Positions 56,529 through 64,000 of a stretch of DNA of 64,000 nt are shown here, piece after piece. The notes under the pieces are model-generated. The model was not told where the DNA came from. It saw only the letters and a list, made by a program, of their open reading frames with translations, and made no database searches. Where the stretch lies: assembly GCA_934096555.1 (NCBI GenBank), contig CAKOMD010000004.1, positions 12,792-76,791 of the forward strand. The letters are read 5' to 3'. A program made the position numbers and the translations under genes. Position 1 is the stretch's first letter. Every line of letters begins with the position of its first letter. The stretch is from an uncultured Bacilli bacterium (GTDB taxonomy: Bacteria > Bacillota_I > Bacilli_A > RF39 > UBA660).

Positions 56529-57713
56529 TTAGTCATTAGCATAATTATCAAAGTATCCTTGTATTAATATTACTGGTGTTCCTTTATCTCCTGAGCCACT
56601 GGTAAGGTCGCATAATGAACCCACTAGGTCTACTATTCTTCTTGGGGTTGTTCCTAAACTCTTGTTTTGGCCTACTAGATTTGATTCTTTTTTCTTTATC
56701 TCTTCTTTCATGGCTTCGTTAAGAGCATCGCCTCTTAGATTTGCTAAAGTATTATCAGATACATATTTTAGTTTTATCTCATTGGGAGTACCTTTTAATC
56801 CTTCTGTGTATGCTGGTGATACTACAGGATCCGCTAATTCCCATATTTTACCTACTGGATCTTTAAATGCACCATCACCATATATTAATACTTCTACTTT
56901 TTTACCTGTTTTTTCAAATATTCTTTTTTGAATACCTAAAACTAAATCTAAGCCATCTTTAGGAAATAGTTTTAATTTTTCATCAGTACTCTTGTTTGAA
57001 CCTAGTAGTCCATATTCAGCATTGTAACCGCTACTATGGATACTATGAGTCATTATGTTATCTAATCCTAGTATAATATTAGCTTCTTTTAATGACATCT
57101 TAGTTCTTTCTCTAGTATGGATATCACAGGCTAGAACATCTTTAGTATATTTTAATATTTCTTTGGGATTATTAGAAAAAATGAATTCTATTTTACAATT
57201 TTCTTTTTCACATATTTCAGTATATACATCTATATAATTTACTCCGGTGAACTCATGAACGATACCCCTAAAATATTCATTATACTTCTCAATACCAAAC
57301 GAATCACTATATGGATTAATATTATATTTATCTAATAAGTCTTCACTAAATAAATGATTACCTACTTCATCTGCTGGATAAGAAAGTAACATATATATCT
57401 TATCTACTCCTCTGGCAATACCTTTTAGTATCATAGAAAATCTATTTCTACTTAATATTGGAAATACTAGACCAACTTCTTTATTTGGAAATTTACTTTT
57501 TATATCTTCCGCTATATCATCTACTGTGACATAGTTACCACTGGCAATACCGACAACTGCTTCAGTTACTCCAATTATATCACGGTCGCGTATTTTAAAG
57601 TTTTCACTTTCACTGGCTCTAAGGACTGAATTTACAACAATCTCTTCGAGATTATCTCCTTCTTTAATTATTCCTGTTCTTATACCTCTCGCGGTAGTTC
57701 CTACATATCTCAT
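56529..57713 (-). CDS. CofE-like gamma-glutamyl ligase family protein
   Basis: N-terminus RYVGTTARGIRTGIIKEGDNLEEIV...DRDIIGVTEAVV resembles the F420-0:gamma-glutamyl ligase fold proteins of Firmicutes. Confidence 0.5.
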   Translation of the reverse strand: MRYVGTTARGIRTGIIKEGDNLEEIVVNSVLRASESENFKIRDRDIIGVTEAVVGIASGNYVTVDDIAEDIKSKFPNKEVGLVFPILSRNRFSMILKGIARGVDKIYMLLSYPADEVGNHLFSEDLLDKYNINPYSDSFGIEKYNEYFRGIVHEFTGVNYIDVYTEICEKENCKIEFIFSNNPKEILKYTKDVLACDIHTRERTKMSLKEANIILGLDNIMTHSIHSSGYNAEYGLLGSNKSTDEKLKLFPKDGLDLVLGIQKRIFEKTGKKVEVLIYGDGAFKDPVGKIWELADPVVSPAYTEGLKGTPNEIKLKYVSDNTLANLRGDALNEAMKEEIKKKESNLVGQNKSLGTTPRRIVDLVGSLCDLTSGSGDKGTPVILIQGYFDNYAND

Positions 57714-57775
57714 GTCTATCACTCTCCTAATATAATTATATATTATATAAAATTAAATTAAAAGAATTTTTACTA

Positions 57776-58795
57776 TTACTTGACACTTTTTTTGTCATAA
57801 ATTATGTTATTTATACCACTTGATAGTACTAGTGATAATTTATCTATTTGGAAATCTATTTCTTTTGGAGTTACAATAAAATTATAGTTAAGTGAATTTA
57901 GTACCTCCTCAATTAAACTTATCCTATCGGTATCGGATAGTTCTCCTATTAAACCTAGTACTTCTTTCTTCTCTTCAATACTTAGATTTTTATCTTTTAT
58001 TTTATCTAAATAGTTATATCTATTAAATACTAGTTTATTTTTTGATGAATTGTCTTTGATATAAGAGATATGTTTGAATAAATAATTTATTGTATCATAT
58101 ACAATAATGGAAGAGCCTACTACTGTGGGAATACCTATGGCAATAACTGGTATACCAATGGTATCATTACTTATCTCTTTGCGCATATTACCTATGCCAC
58201 TTCCTGGATGGATACCTGTATCAGTTATTTGAATACTTTTATTTATTCTACTTATTGTAGAGGCCGCTAGGGCATCTATTACTATGATAAGACTTGGTTT
58301 TATTTTTTTTGCTATTGACGATATTATATCTTGCGTTTCAATACCTGTGTCTGCCATTACACCTGGAGCCATTTTGGATATTTTTAAAATATTTTCTTCT
58401 GGGCTTTCAAGAAGAAATAGATGCCTTGTTACAATAATATTTTCAAGTGCTTTTGGACCTAGACTATCTGGAGTACTCTTGGCATTACCTAGACCCACAA
58501 TTAGTATAGAAGATTTATCATAGTCTGATAAAATAGTTTTTAGTTCATCTTCAAATACTTTGGTTACTTTCTCTCTATTAGTGGTATCTGTAACATCTGC
58601 AAATTCGATAGTAATATAGTTACCTTTTTTCTTATTTAATATTTTACTTGTCTCTTCATCAACATTTACTTTTGTTACTTTAATATCATCAATATTATAG
58701 GTATCACTTTTAATACTTAAACTACTATTTTCTATGGTATCTAATACTAAATCAGTATGTATATCATACTTTTTTAGGTCAATTTCATGATTCAT
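57776..58795 (-). CDS. gpr: Spore germination protease GPR
   Basis: TDLVLD near the N-terminus and VGLGNAKSTPDSLGPKA. Divergent from rpsT as in Bacillus. Confidence 0.8.
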   Translation of the reverse strand: MNHEIDLKKYDIHTDLVLDTIENSSLSIKSDTYNIDDIKVTKVNVDEETSKILNKKKGNYITIEFADVTDTTNREKVTKVFEDELKTILSDYDKSSILIVGLGNAKSTPDSLGPKALENIIVTRHLFLLESPEENILKISKMAPGVMADTGIETQDIISSIAKKIKPSLIIVIDALAASTISRINKSIQITDTGIHPGSGIGNMRKEISNDTIGIPVIAIGIPTVVGSSIIVYDTINYLFKHISYIKDNSSKNKLVFNRYNYLDKIKDKNLSIEEKKEVLGLIGELSDTDRISLIEEVLNSLNYNFIVTPKEIDFQIDKLSLVLSSGINNIIYDKKSVK

Positions 58796-58897
58796 TGTTA
58801 TCACCAGTAATATTTTTTACAAAAAGTACCGAAAATATTTGCTTTTTTAGCATTTTTTTGGTAAAATTATAATTAGTTTTGGGAGGAGATGAAATTT

Positions 58898-59167
58898 ATG
58901 GCAAACGTTAAAAATGCAAAGAAGAAAATTAAGCAAATTAACAAAGTAACTTTAGCAAACCAACAACTAAAATCTACTGTTAAAAACGCTATTAAAGAAA
59001 CTGATAAAGCAGTAGTCGCTGGTAACAAAGAAAGAGCTGAAGATAGATTAAAATTAGCTATCAAATCTTTAGACAACGCTAAAGTAAAAGGTTTAGTACA
59101 TAAAAATAAAGTTGATAGAGAAAAATCTAGATTAACTAAAAAAGTAAATACTATGGAAGTAAAGTAA
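58898..59167 (+). CDS. rpsT: 30S ribosomal protein S20
   Basis: MANVKNAKKKIKQINK..., 89 aa, basic. GGGAGGAG RBS 9 nt upstream of the ATG at 58898. Confidence 0.9.
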   Translation: MANVKNAKKKIKQINKVTLANQQLKSTVKNAIKETDKAVVAGNKERAEDRLKLAIKSLDNAKVKGLVHKNKVDREKSRLTKKVNTMEVK

Positions 59168-59201
59168 TTACTTCTTTTTTTATGCAATAAAATAAATACT
59201 T

Positions 59202-59254
59202 CAATTTGAAGACCTTAGGCTTCAAATTGCCTCGGAAGACTACAGGCTTACGAG
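59202..59254. repeat. Tandem-hairpin repeat unit R6
   Basis: caatttgaag-accttagg-cttcaaattg (perfect), then ctcggaag-actacagg-cttacgag (7 of 8 bp). Lies between two convergent gene ends. Confidence 0.65.
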
Positions 59255-59286
59255 AAATATAAAAAGAAAGAGAATTAAATCTCTTC

Positions 59287-59445
59287 CTATATCATATTTT
59301 CTAGGTTATCTATAGCTTTTGTTTTAGCAGAATTCATTTTTCTAGCTAACTTCTTAATATTACCATTTTTAATGTTTTGATATAGAGCGGCACTACCTAC
59401 TCCTATACCCATACCCATTAAAGCCATACCTACTTTGGATTTCAT
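59287..59445 (-). CDS. 52-aa Gly-zipper small protein
   Basis: Own translation MKSKVGMALMGMGIGVGSAALYQNIKNGNIKKLARKMNSAKTKAIDNLENMI. GGGGTGAT RBS. Confidence 0.4.
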   Translation of the reverse strand: MKSKVGMALMGMGIGVGSAALYQNIKNGNIKKLARKMNSAKTKAIDNLENMI

Positions 59446-59530
59446 TATTTTATCACCCCTTTAAAATATGACAGGTATTTAAGTATTATTAAATACCAAT
59501 AATATTATTGACTAAATTATTATAATTATA

Positions 59531-61717
59531 CTAGATATTGTATTTATTTATTATTAAATCTTTTAGGGTGGTTTTTCTATTATCTACATAGTCATTGTTT
59601 ATACCATAGATAAAGGAGTTTGGCTCTCCAACAATGATGAGACTTTTTTTAGCTCTAGTAACTCCAGTGTAGACTAGTTTGTTGTATAGCATTCTTTTAA
59701 AGTTTGAAGTTATTGGCATGATAACCGTATCGAATTCACTACCTTGGGCTTTATGAATACTAATGGCATATCCATGTCTAAAGTTAATAAATTTATCAGG
59801 GGTGTATTCTACGATATTGCCATCATAATTTATATTTATTTGATTTGGTATTTTTTTACCATCTGATACAATGATTTCTTCGATATATCCAATATCACCA
59901 TTGTAGACATTGTTGTCGGGGTCATTAACTAGTTGAAGGACTTTGTCGTATTCTCTATAGATGACATCTTTGAAGACTATTTCTTTTTTGTTTTTGGCTT
60001 TGGGATTAAATAACTCCTGGAGCATGATATTTAGGCTATCTATGCCATTTATGCTCTTGTACATCGGAGCTAGTACTTGGATATCCATATCGGAATAACC
60101 TTTTTTGATAGCTTTGGTTACTACTTCTTTGATGTAGGATAAGGTATTATCATTGTCACTATTTATGAATAGGTAATCATCTTTTTTTATGAATAAGTCT
60201 TCGCTAATGTTTTTGCTTTTTATGTCATAAGCTAGATTTAATATATATGAGCCTTCAGTTTGACGATATATTTTGTTTAGACTTATTACTGGAAGGCAGT
60301 CGCTATCTATTAAATCTTTTAGTATTTGACCTTCGCTAACACTTGGAAGCTGATAGTAGTCTCCGACGAGGATAAGATGGATAGCTCTCTTTGTTCCTTT
60401 TAGAAGGGCTTCCATAAGAAGAGTATCAATCATACTTACCTCATCTACGATGATGTATTTTTCTTTATTGGGATTATATTCATCTGTGGCAAAGGTGTTG
60501 GTATCTTTATCCCAGCCTAGATATTTATGTATGGTATAGGCGGGAAGATTTGTTGTTTCCATCATTTTTTTGGCCGCTCGTCCAGTGGGAGCAAGGAGTG
60601 CTATATCGGTGTCGTGAGCTTTCTTACTATCCATGATGATACTGACAATGGCTTTGATTATGGTTGTTTTTCCTGTACCTGGTCCTCCAGTGATGATGGT
60701 GATGTTATTGTTTACACCACTTTCGATGGCCTTTAGCTGGATATCATCATATGTTATTTTATTAAATTTATCGTTATCAATATATTTCATTATACTGGTA
60801 TTTGTTATAATTGGCATATCGTTTAGGAAGCAGATTCTTTCACAGATGTATTTTTCGGCTTCGTAAAAATGTTTTAGATAATATCTTTTTTCTTCTATAA
60901 CTATTTTGCCTTCGCGGACTAACTGCAAAATTAGGTAATCAAACTTTTCTGGGGTAATGCTGACATAGTTTGATAGATTAAATGATATTTCTTCTTCGGT
61001 TAGATATGTGTCACCATTGTTAAAGCAAAGATTTTTCATGACATATATTATTAGTGCTTTTACCCTGCGGTCATCCTCCTCTTCAATACCCATTCCTATG
61101 GCTATTTCATCTATTTTGGTAAAAGGCATTTCATCTGTTTCGATTAGTTCATATATATTAGTATTTACTGTATCTAATATTTTATTATTGTATTTGTTTA
61201 AAAAACTTAGGGACTCTTTCATTTCAAAGCCTAACTTGGTTAGTTCTATTACAACACTGGATGTATCTTGATAGTCTTTTAGGACTTCATATATTTTGTC
61301 TATTTTTTTATCTGTTAGTCTTGGTATTCCTACGAGGCAAGATTTATCTTCGAGTATTTTGTTTATGACATCTTCTTTTAGAGTAGCTACTATTTTTTCT
61401 GCTGTTTTTTCGCCGATGGGAAATATATCACTTGATAGGAATGTTATTAGTTCTTCTTCTTTGGTAGGAACATTTACGTTAAAACTATTTACATTCATTT
61501 GAAGGCCGTATTTAGGGTGATTGGCTACTTCTCCATATAATATATATTCTTTTTTATCGCTAAGTCTTGGAAGAGTTCCAGTAATATTTATTACATCTCC
61601 TTCTTCAAACTCGGAAAATGTACTTTCTTTTACCTTGAATAGTCCTACCATGTAGCTATTTATTTCATTACGATATATTTCTTTATATAGCATTCCTTTG
61701 ACAAAATTTTCTTCCAT
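59531..61717 (-). CDS. recD2: SF1B ATP-dependent RecD-like helicase RecD2
   Basis: N-terminal OB/HhH-like region, Walker A GGPGTGKTT, IVDEVSMI, the SH3-like insert and a C-terminal AISIHKAQGSEF. Confidence 0.85.
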   Translation of the reverse strand: MEENFVKGMLYKEIYRNEINSYMVGLFKVKESTFSEFEEGDVINITGTLPRLSDKKEYILYGEVANHPKYGLQMNVNSFNVNVPTKEEELITFLSSDIFPIGEKTAEKIVATLKEDVINKILEDKSCLVGIPRLTDKKIDKIYEVLKDYQDTSSVVIELTKLGFEMKESLSFLNKYNNKILDTVNTNIYELIETDEMPFTKIDEIAIGMGIEEEDDRRVKALIIYVMKNLCFNNGDTYLTEEEISFNLSNYVSITPEKFDYLILQLVREGKIVIEEKRYYLKHFYEAEKYICERICFLNDMPIITNTSIMKYIDNDKFNKITYDDIQLKAIESGVNNNITIITGGPGTGKTTIIKAIVSIIMDSKKAHDTDIALLAPTGRAAKKMMETTNLPAYTIHKYLGWDKDTNTFATDEYNPNKEKYIIVDEVSMIDTLLMEALLKGTKRAIHLILVGDYYQLPSVSEGQILKDLIDSDCLPVISLNKIYRQTEGSYILNLAYDIKSKNISEDLFIKKDDYLFINSDNDNTLSYIKEVVTKAIKKGYSDMDIQVLAPMYKSINGIDSLNIMLQELFNPKAKNKKEIVFKDVIYREYDKVLQLVNDPDNNVYNGDIGYIEEIIVSDGKKIPNQININYDGNIVEYTPDKFINFRHGYAISIHKAQGSEFDTVIMPITSNFKRMLYNKLVYTGVTRAKKSLIIVGEPNSFIYGINNDYVDNRKTTLKDLIINKYNI

Positions 61718-61841
61718 TTGATACATCCTTTCTTCTTAATAATTATATCAATTTGGGAAGGTAAAGTAAATAAAAAAGAATGGTTATTAATAAAAAAAAC
61801 TCTAGAGAAATCAATCATATTCGTGAAATGAAAAAGAACTA

Positions 61842-62723
61842 TCATTTACTTTTTTGATAGTTCATTATTAATTTACTAGTTTTATACAAATAATCAATCA
61901 TTTTGTTTATTTTTATACATATTTTATATTCGTCATTTTCTAACTCTATCTTACTAGGAATAGCTAGCTGGCTGAATAATAGTAGTCTTTCTTCCTCTTT
62001 TAATGGATAACTACTCTCGTAATAATGAAATAGGTCGTCAAAATCTAATTCTAGATAGTGATTCTTATAGAAGGACAATAAATCATATATTGGACTATCT
62101 ATTTTACTTTTATTCCAACTAATAAGGTAGGGCTTCTCACTTTTTATATAATGATCGAGAGTGATGTTGTTGTGAATATTGACCACTCGCTCATTTTTGC
62201 TATCTTCTACTTTTTTATACCAGGCTTCTATTTTGTCTCGGGAATAATAGATGCTTTCAAATATTATATTTATATTTCTAGCTATTAAATATGATGATGG
62301 TGACATATATACTTCTTTTTCTATTGATGTGATTAGATCTGTGTAATAGTTATTTAGGTAGTCTAAGTTGTTTATAGTGGTTTCGTATATTTCTTTGTTG
62401 TGGTCGATGTCTACTTCTCTATAAAAGGTGGTTTTGCTATGAAGGAGACTAAGAAGATATATTAGGTCCATAGCTTTTTGTTCTTTTGGTTCATAACTAT
62501 TTTTGATGTATGGATATAGTTCGTATTTTTTATCAAGAGCAACTGGTTCGGGAAAATAGTCAAAGGAACGGGATTTTAAATAGCTATATGTTCTTTCTAT
62601 ATCATCTTTTTTTCTTTCTTTAACTACGAATTTGTCATCTATTATTTTGGCATTTGATAGAATGGTAATTTTATTTATGGGAATGTTATACTTAGTAAGT
62701 ATTTCACGTAGATTGTTATTCAC
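61842..62723 (-). CDS. ysxE: CotS-family kinase-like spore coat protein (YsxE-like)
   Basis: Aminoglycoside-phosphotransferase-like pattern (IHNNITLDHYI, ISWNKSKIDSPIYDL). Directly downstream of a SpoVID-like gene, as in the B. subtilis spoVID-ysxE operon. Confidence 0.6.
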   Translation of the reverse strand: MNNNLREILTKYNIPINKITILSNAKIIDDKFVVKERKKDDIERTYSYLKSRSFDYFPEPVALDKKYELYPYIKNSYEPKEQKAMDLIYLLSLLHSKTTFYREVDIDHNKEIYETTINNLDYLNNYYTDLITSIEKEVYMSPSSYLIARNINIIFESIYYSRDKIEAWYKKVEDSKNERVVNIHNNITLDHYIKSEKPYLISWNKSKIDSPIYDLLSFYKNHYLELDFDDLFHYYESSYPLKEEERLLLFSQLAIPSKIELENDEYKICIKINKMIDYLYKTSKLIMNYQKSK

Positions 62724-63426
62724 CTTTTTTGGGAATTATTACTTTTTCTCCTGGTTTAATATTGTTTATGTCGTTATAGTTTTCGAAGTCTTCTTTGGAT
62801 ATTTCATACTTAGTAAGTATCTTCTCGATGGTATCTTCTTCTTTTACAATGTAGACATAATAAGTTGCGTAAGTCTCTGTGCTATCTAGATTTGAAAATA
62901 AGTCTGTTTCAATATTTACTGATTCCTCTCTTGATTCTTCTTTTGTATTTACTTTCGGTGATTTTGTTTCTTCATTTTTATTCTGAACCAATGTATCTTC
63001 TGGGACATTAATTGGCACACTTGGTGTTCTTAACTCTTCTTCTGGTAATTCTTCTTGGACATTAAGCATCTCTTCTGGTTCGTCTTTTGCTGGCTCTTCT
63101 GGTAAATATTCTGCTTCAATGAATAAATCTATATTTACTTTTAGAGTATCTTCATTAATTACATCATAATAAAAGTCTTCAATATCAGCATTAACTGTAC
63201 TTATGTCATATCTAGGATCTAAAGTAATGTCAAATGGTAAATCGAAGGAAAATTTTTCTCTACTAATAGAGCCTTCGTTCATTTTATAGTCTCCTGTTAT
63301 GTGGAAAACTCCAGATACTACTTTTTCTTCGGTTACTTCTAAGTCCCTTTCTAGCGATATAGAAGTAATTTCACTAACTTTTGTTTTAAATGGTAATTCT
63401 TTTTTGAATGGTATTATCTGTTTCAT
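62716..63426 (-). CDS. spoVID: SpoVID-like spore morphogenetic protein (SPOCS-like N-domain plus C-terminal LysM)
   Basis: N-terminus IPFKKELPFKTKVSEITSISLERDLEV..GVFHITGDY, an acidic middle, and the C-terminal LysM YYVYIVKEEDTIEKILTKYEI...NIKPGEKVIIP. Confidence 0.6.
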   Translation of the reverse strand: MKQIIPFKKELPFKTKVSEITSISLERDLEVTEEKVVSGVFHITGDYKMNEGSISREKFSFDLPFDITLDPRYDISTVNADIEDFYYDVINEDTLKVNIDLFIEAEYLPEEPAKDEPEEMLNVQEELPEEELRTPSVPINVPEDTLVQNKNEETKSPKVNTKEESREESVNIETDLFSNLDSTETYATYYVYIVKEEDTIEKILTKYEISKEDFENYNDINNIKPGEKVIIPKKGE

Positions 63427-63533
63427 AATCACTCTTCCTTTCAATAAAGAATATGTTAAAATTTATAAATTATGAAAAAAATAGTTCTTTTTTTTATTAT
63501 TTAATGTTATACTTATTTAAGAGGAGGTAAATT

Positions 63534-64000
63534 ATGGAATTAAATGGTTTATTAGGAAGTAATGATAGTTTTTCTAGTAATTTCGGAGGTGTAGCTGCCG
63601 CTGGGGTATGGATGATTGTTTCAGTTGTACTTGCTATAATTGGAGGTATTGTTTTATACTTTGTTGTCTTCACAAAACAAAATGATCATAAGTTTACTGG
63701 CACTATGGCTTGGGTGTATGATTTCTTCACATTTAAAAAAATGTTGTTAGAAACTTTGCTTAAGATATTATATATGATTGTAGCTATATATATTACATTG
63801 TCTTCATTCTCATTAATATCTATAAGTTTTATTGGTTTCTTACTTCAATTAACATTGGGAAATCTACTTGCAAGAATCGGATTTGAATTTTCATTATTAT
63901 TATTAACAATCTGCAAGAACACTACTGAAATTAACGATAAGTTATCTAAAGGTAAAAAAGAAATAAAAGAAGTAAAAGAAGATAAAAAAGAAGAAAAGAA
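63534..64000 (+). CDS. Membrane protein, 5' part (open to the window end)
   Basis: GAGGAGG RBS 6 nt upstream of the ATG. Own translation MELNGLLGSNDSFSSNFGGVAAAGVWMIVSVVLAIIGGIVLYFVVF... with 3-4 TM helices and a Lys/Glu-rich continuation. Confidence 0.55.
   Translation, partial: MELNGLLGSNDSFSSNFGGVAAAGVWMIVSVVLAIIGGIVLYFVVFTKQNDHKFTGTMAWVYDFFTFKKMLLETLLKILYMIVAIYITLSSFSLISISFIGFLLQLTLGNLLARIGFEFSLLLLTICKNTTEINDKLSKGKKEIKEVKEDKKEEK

Noticed and set aside
58873-59187. 104-aa minus-strand ORF
   Set aside because: It is exactly antisense to rpsT, whose product (MANVKNAKKKIKQ...) is unmistakable and has a strong RBS.
59531-61717. RecD2 helicase as the missing relaxase-helicase of the T4SS
   Set aside because: It is 16 kb from the block among housekeeping and sporulation genes. 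It has the usual RecD2 N-terminus and no HUH or relaxase domain.
61660-61845. 61-aa minus-strand ORF upstream of recD2
   Set aside because: It overlaps the recD2 start region and the ysxE stop. It has no RBS and a hydrophobic, low-complexity sequence. The interval is more likely just the recD2 promoter and leader.
1-64000. Alternative genetic code (Mollicutes-like TGA=Trp, or TAG/TAA reassignment) as an explanation for the in-frame stops at 32005, 33454 and 33982
   Set aside because: Conserved housekeeping proteins end at their expected C-termini on TAA, TAG and TGA (ylxM ends on TGA) and contain no internal stops under code 11. The in-frame stops are confined to about 2 kb of accessory DNA that also carries a frameshift.

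Overview
AT-rich (under roughly 30% GC by eye) chromosomal segment of a low-GC Gram-positive spore former. The taxonomic hints are the gpsB-rnpB-rodZ neighbourhood, the divergent gpr/rpsT pair, spoVID-ysxE and yunB. These fit a Bacilli/Erysipelotrichia-like lineage using the standard code 11. About 70 genes are present and all but four lie on the minus strand.

Coordinates 1-17.2 kb and 43.4-64 kb are mostly housekeeping. They include the RNase P RNA, PFOR, asnS, sufB, murE, ftsY-ylxM, rny, gap, gpr, rpsT, recD2 and spoVID-ysxE.

The centre (17.4-43.4 kb) is one co-directional accessory block that joins two modules:
- a Tad/Flp-type pilus module: CpaB, CpaF/TadA, TadB/C, Flp-like and TadE-like pilins, a TadZ-like protein and three secreted proteins;
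- a Gram-positive type IV secretion module: VirB2-like, VirB6-like, PrgI/VirB3-like, a split VirB4, an M23+lysozyme hydrolase and a VirD4 coupling protein.

I see no relaxase, recombinase or replication gene anywhere in the window. Between the two modules sits a cassette of three paralogs with near-identical C-terminal halves and divergent N-terminal halves, one of them carrying an in-frame TAG. The cassette also holds an HExxH protein and a decayed gene.

Other observations:
- a type-I-toxin-like mini-operon with 5'-3' complementarity;
- a dispersed family of tandem hairpin repeats with covarying stems downstream of gene ends;
- a hybrid histidine kinase lacking its phospho-acceptor His;
- ylxM without ffh, followed by a Clp-D1-only ATPase.

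All functional calls rest on motifs recalled from memory and my own translation. No database search was possible.
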